A DNA stretch of 62,055 nucleotides, counting the filler, from Circinaria calcarea (lineage: Eukaryota), in the NCBI GenBank assembly GCA_051942165.1. It is 18 parts of 18 records of this genome, joined end to end, with 100 filler letters (N's around TTAATTAATTAA, not from the genome) between each part and the next. Parts side by side here need not be neighbours in the genome. Positions count along the whole stretch, not along the records: positions 58,721 to 62,055 come from JAVECS010002886.1; 17 more parts are not named here. One strand, 5' to 3'. The position numbers were made by a program, and so were the translations under genes. Positions 61,977 through 62,055 of the stretch are shown in pieces; within the stretch, counting starts at the first letter, position 1, and every line of letters starts with the position of its first letter. The notes under the pieces were generated by a model. The model was not told where the DNA came from, searched no databases, and saw only the letters and a list, made by a program, of their open reading frames with translations.

Positions 61977-62055
61977 TACTTTGCGAATGGAATTTTCTTT
62001 TTTGGGAGGGATTTTGTTTTGGGTCAATTTTTTGGTTTATGGCTGGGACGGGGGG

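Overview
This window is not a contiguous locus. It is 18 unrelated contigs of about 3.3-3.4 kb, sorted by decreasing length (3369 to 3335 bp) and joined by 17 identical 100-nt spacers (N44-TTAATTAATTAA-N44). The content is eukaryotic: a filamentous ascomycete (Pezizomycotina) with short GT-AG introns and CTRAY branch sites. A lichen-forming fungus or a mixed fungal assembly is plausible but unproven. Recognisable genes, many truncated by contig ends: an HD-domain 5'-deoxynucleotidase, PSF2, ALG10, a GH31 alpha-glucosidase, an Smr-domain protein, RFC4, the complex I B8 subunit, MPC2, an MFS transporter, a DUF726 protein, a HAL4/SAT4-like kinase N-terminus, mitochondrial uL11, an endonuclease III homolog, MAS1, HIS4, pepsin and sedolisin proteases, LYS9, ADE8, cyanamide hydratase, an RBR E3 ligase, a secreted alpha/beta hydrolase and an intron-containing tRNA-Cys. 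The most interesting contig is 31161-34509. It carries an intronless, signal-peptide-less metzincin protease fused across a frameshift to a GSG beta-solenoid (GIN/DUF2807-like) tail. The gene sits between a solo LTR with an intact 5-bp TSD and a second, AT-rich LTR-like relic, next to a G-alpha-like ORF that has lost its G3 and G4 motifs. Also notable: a 626-bp TIR element in the RFC4 promoter, several pseudogenes (including augmin HAUS6), two GC-AG introns in LYS9, a degenerate TIR element carrying an orphan ORF, and recurrent C-to-G skew inversions. All family assignments come from motif recognition by eye, not database searches.
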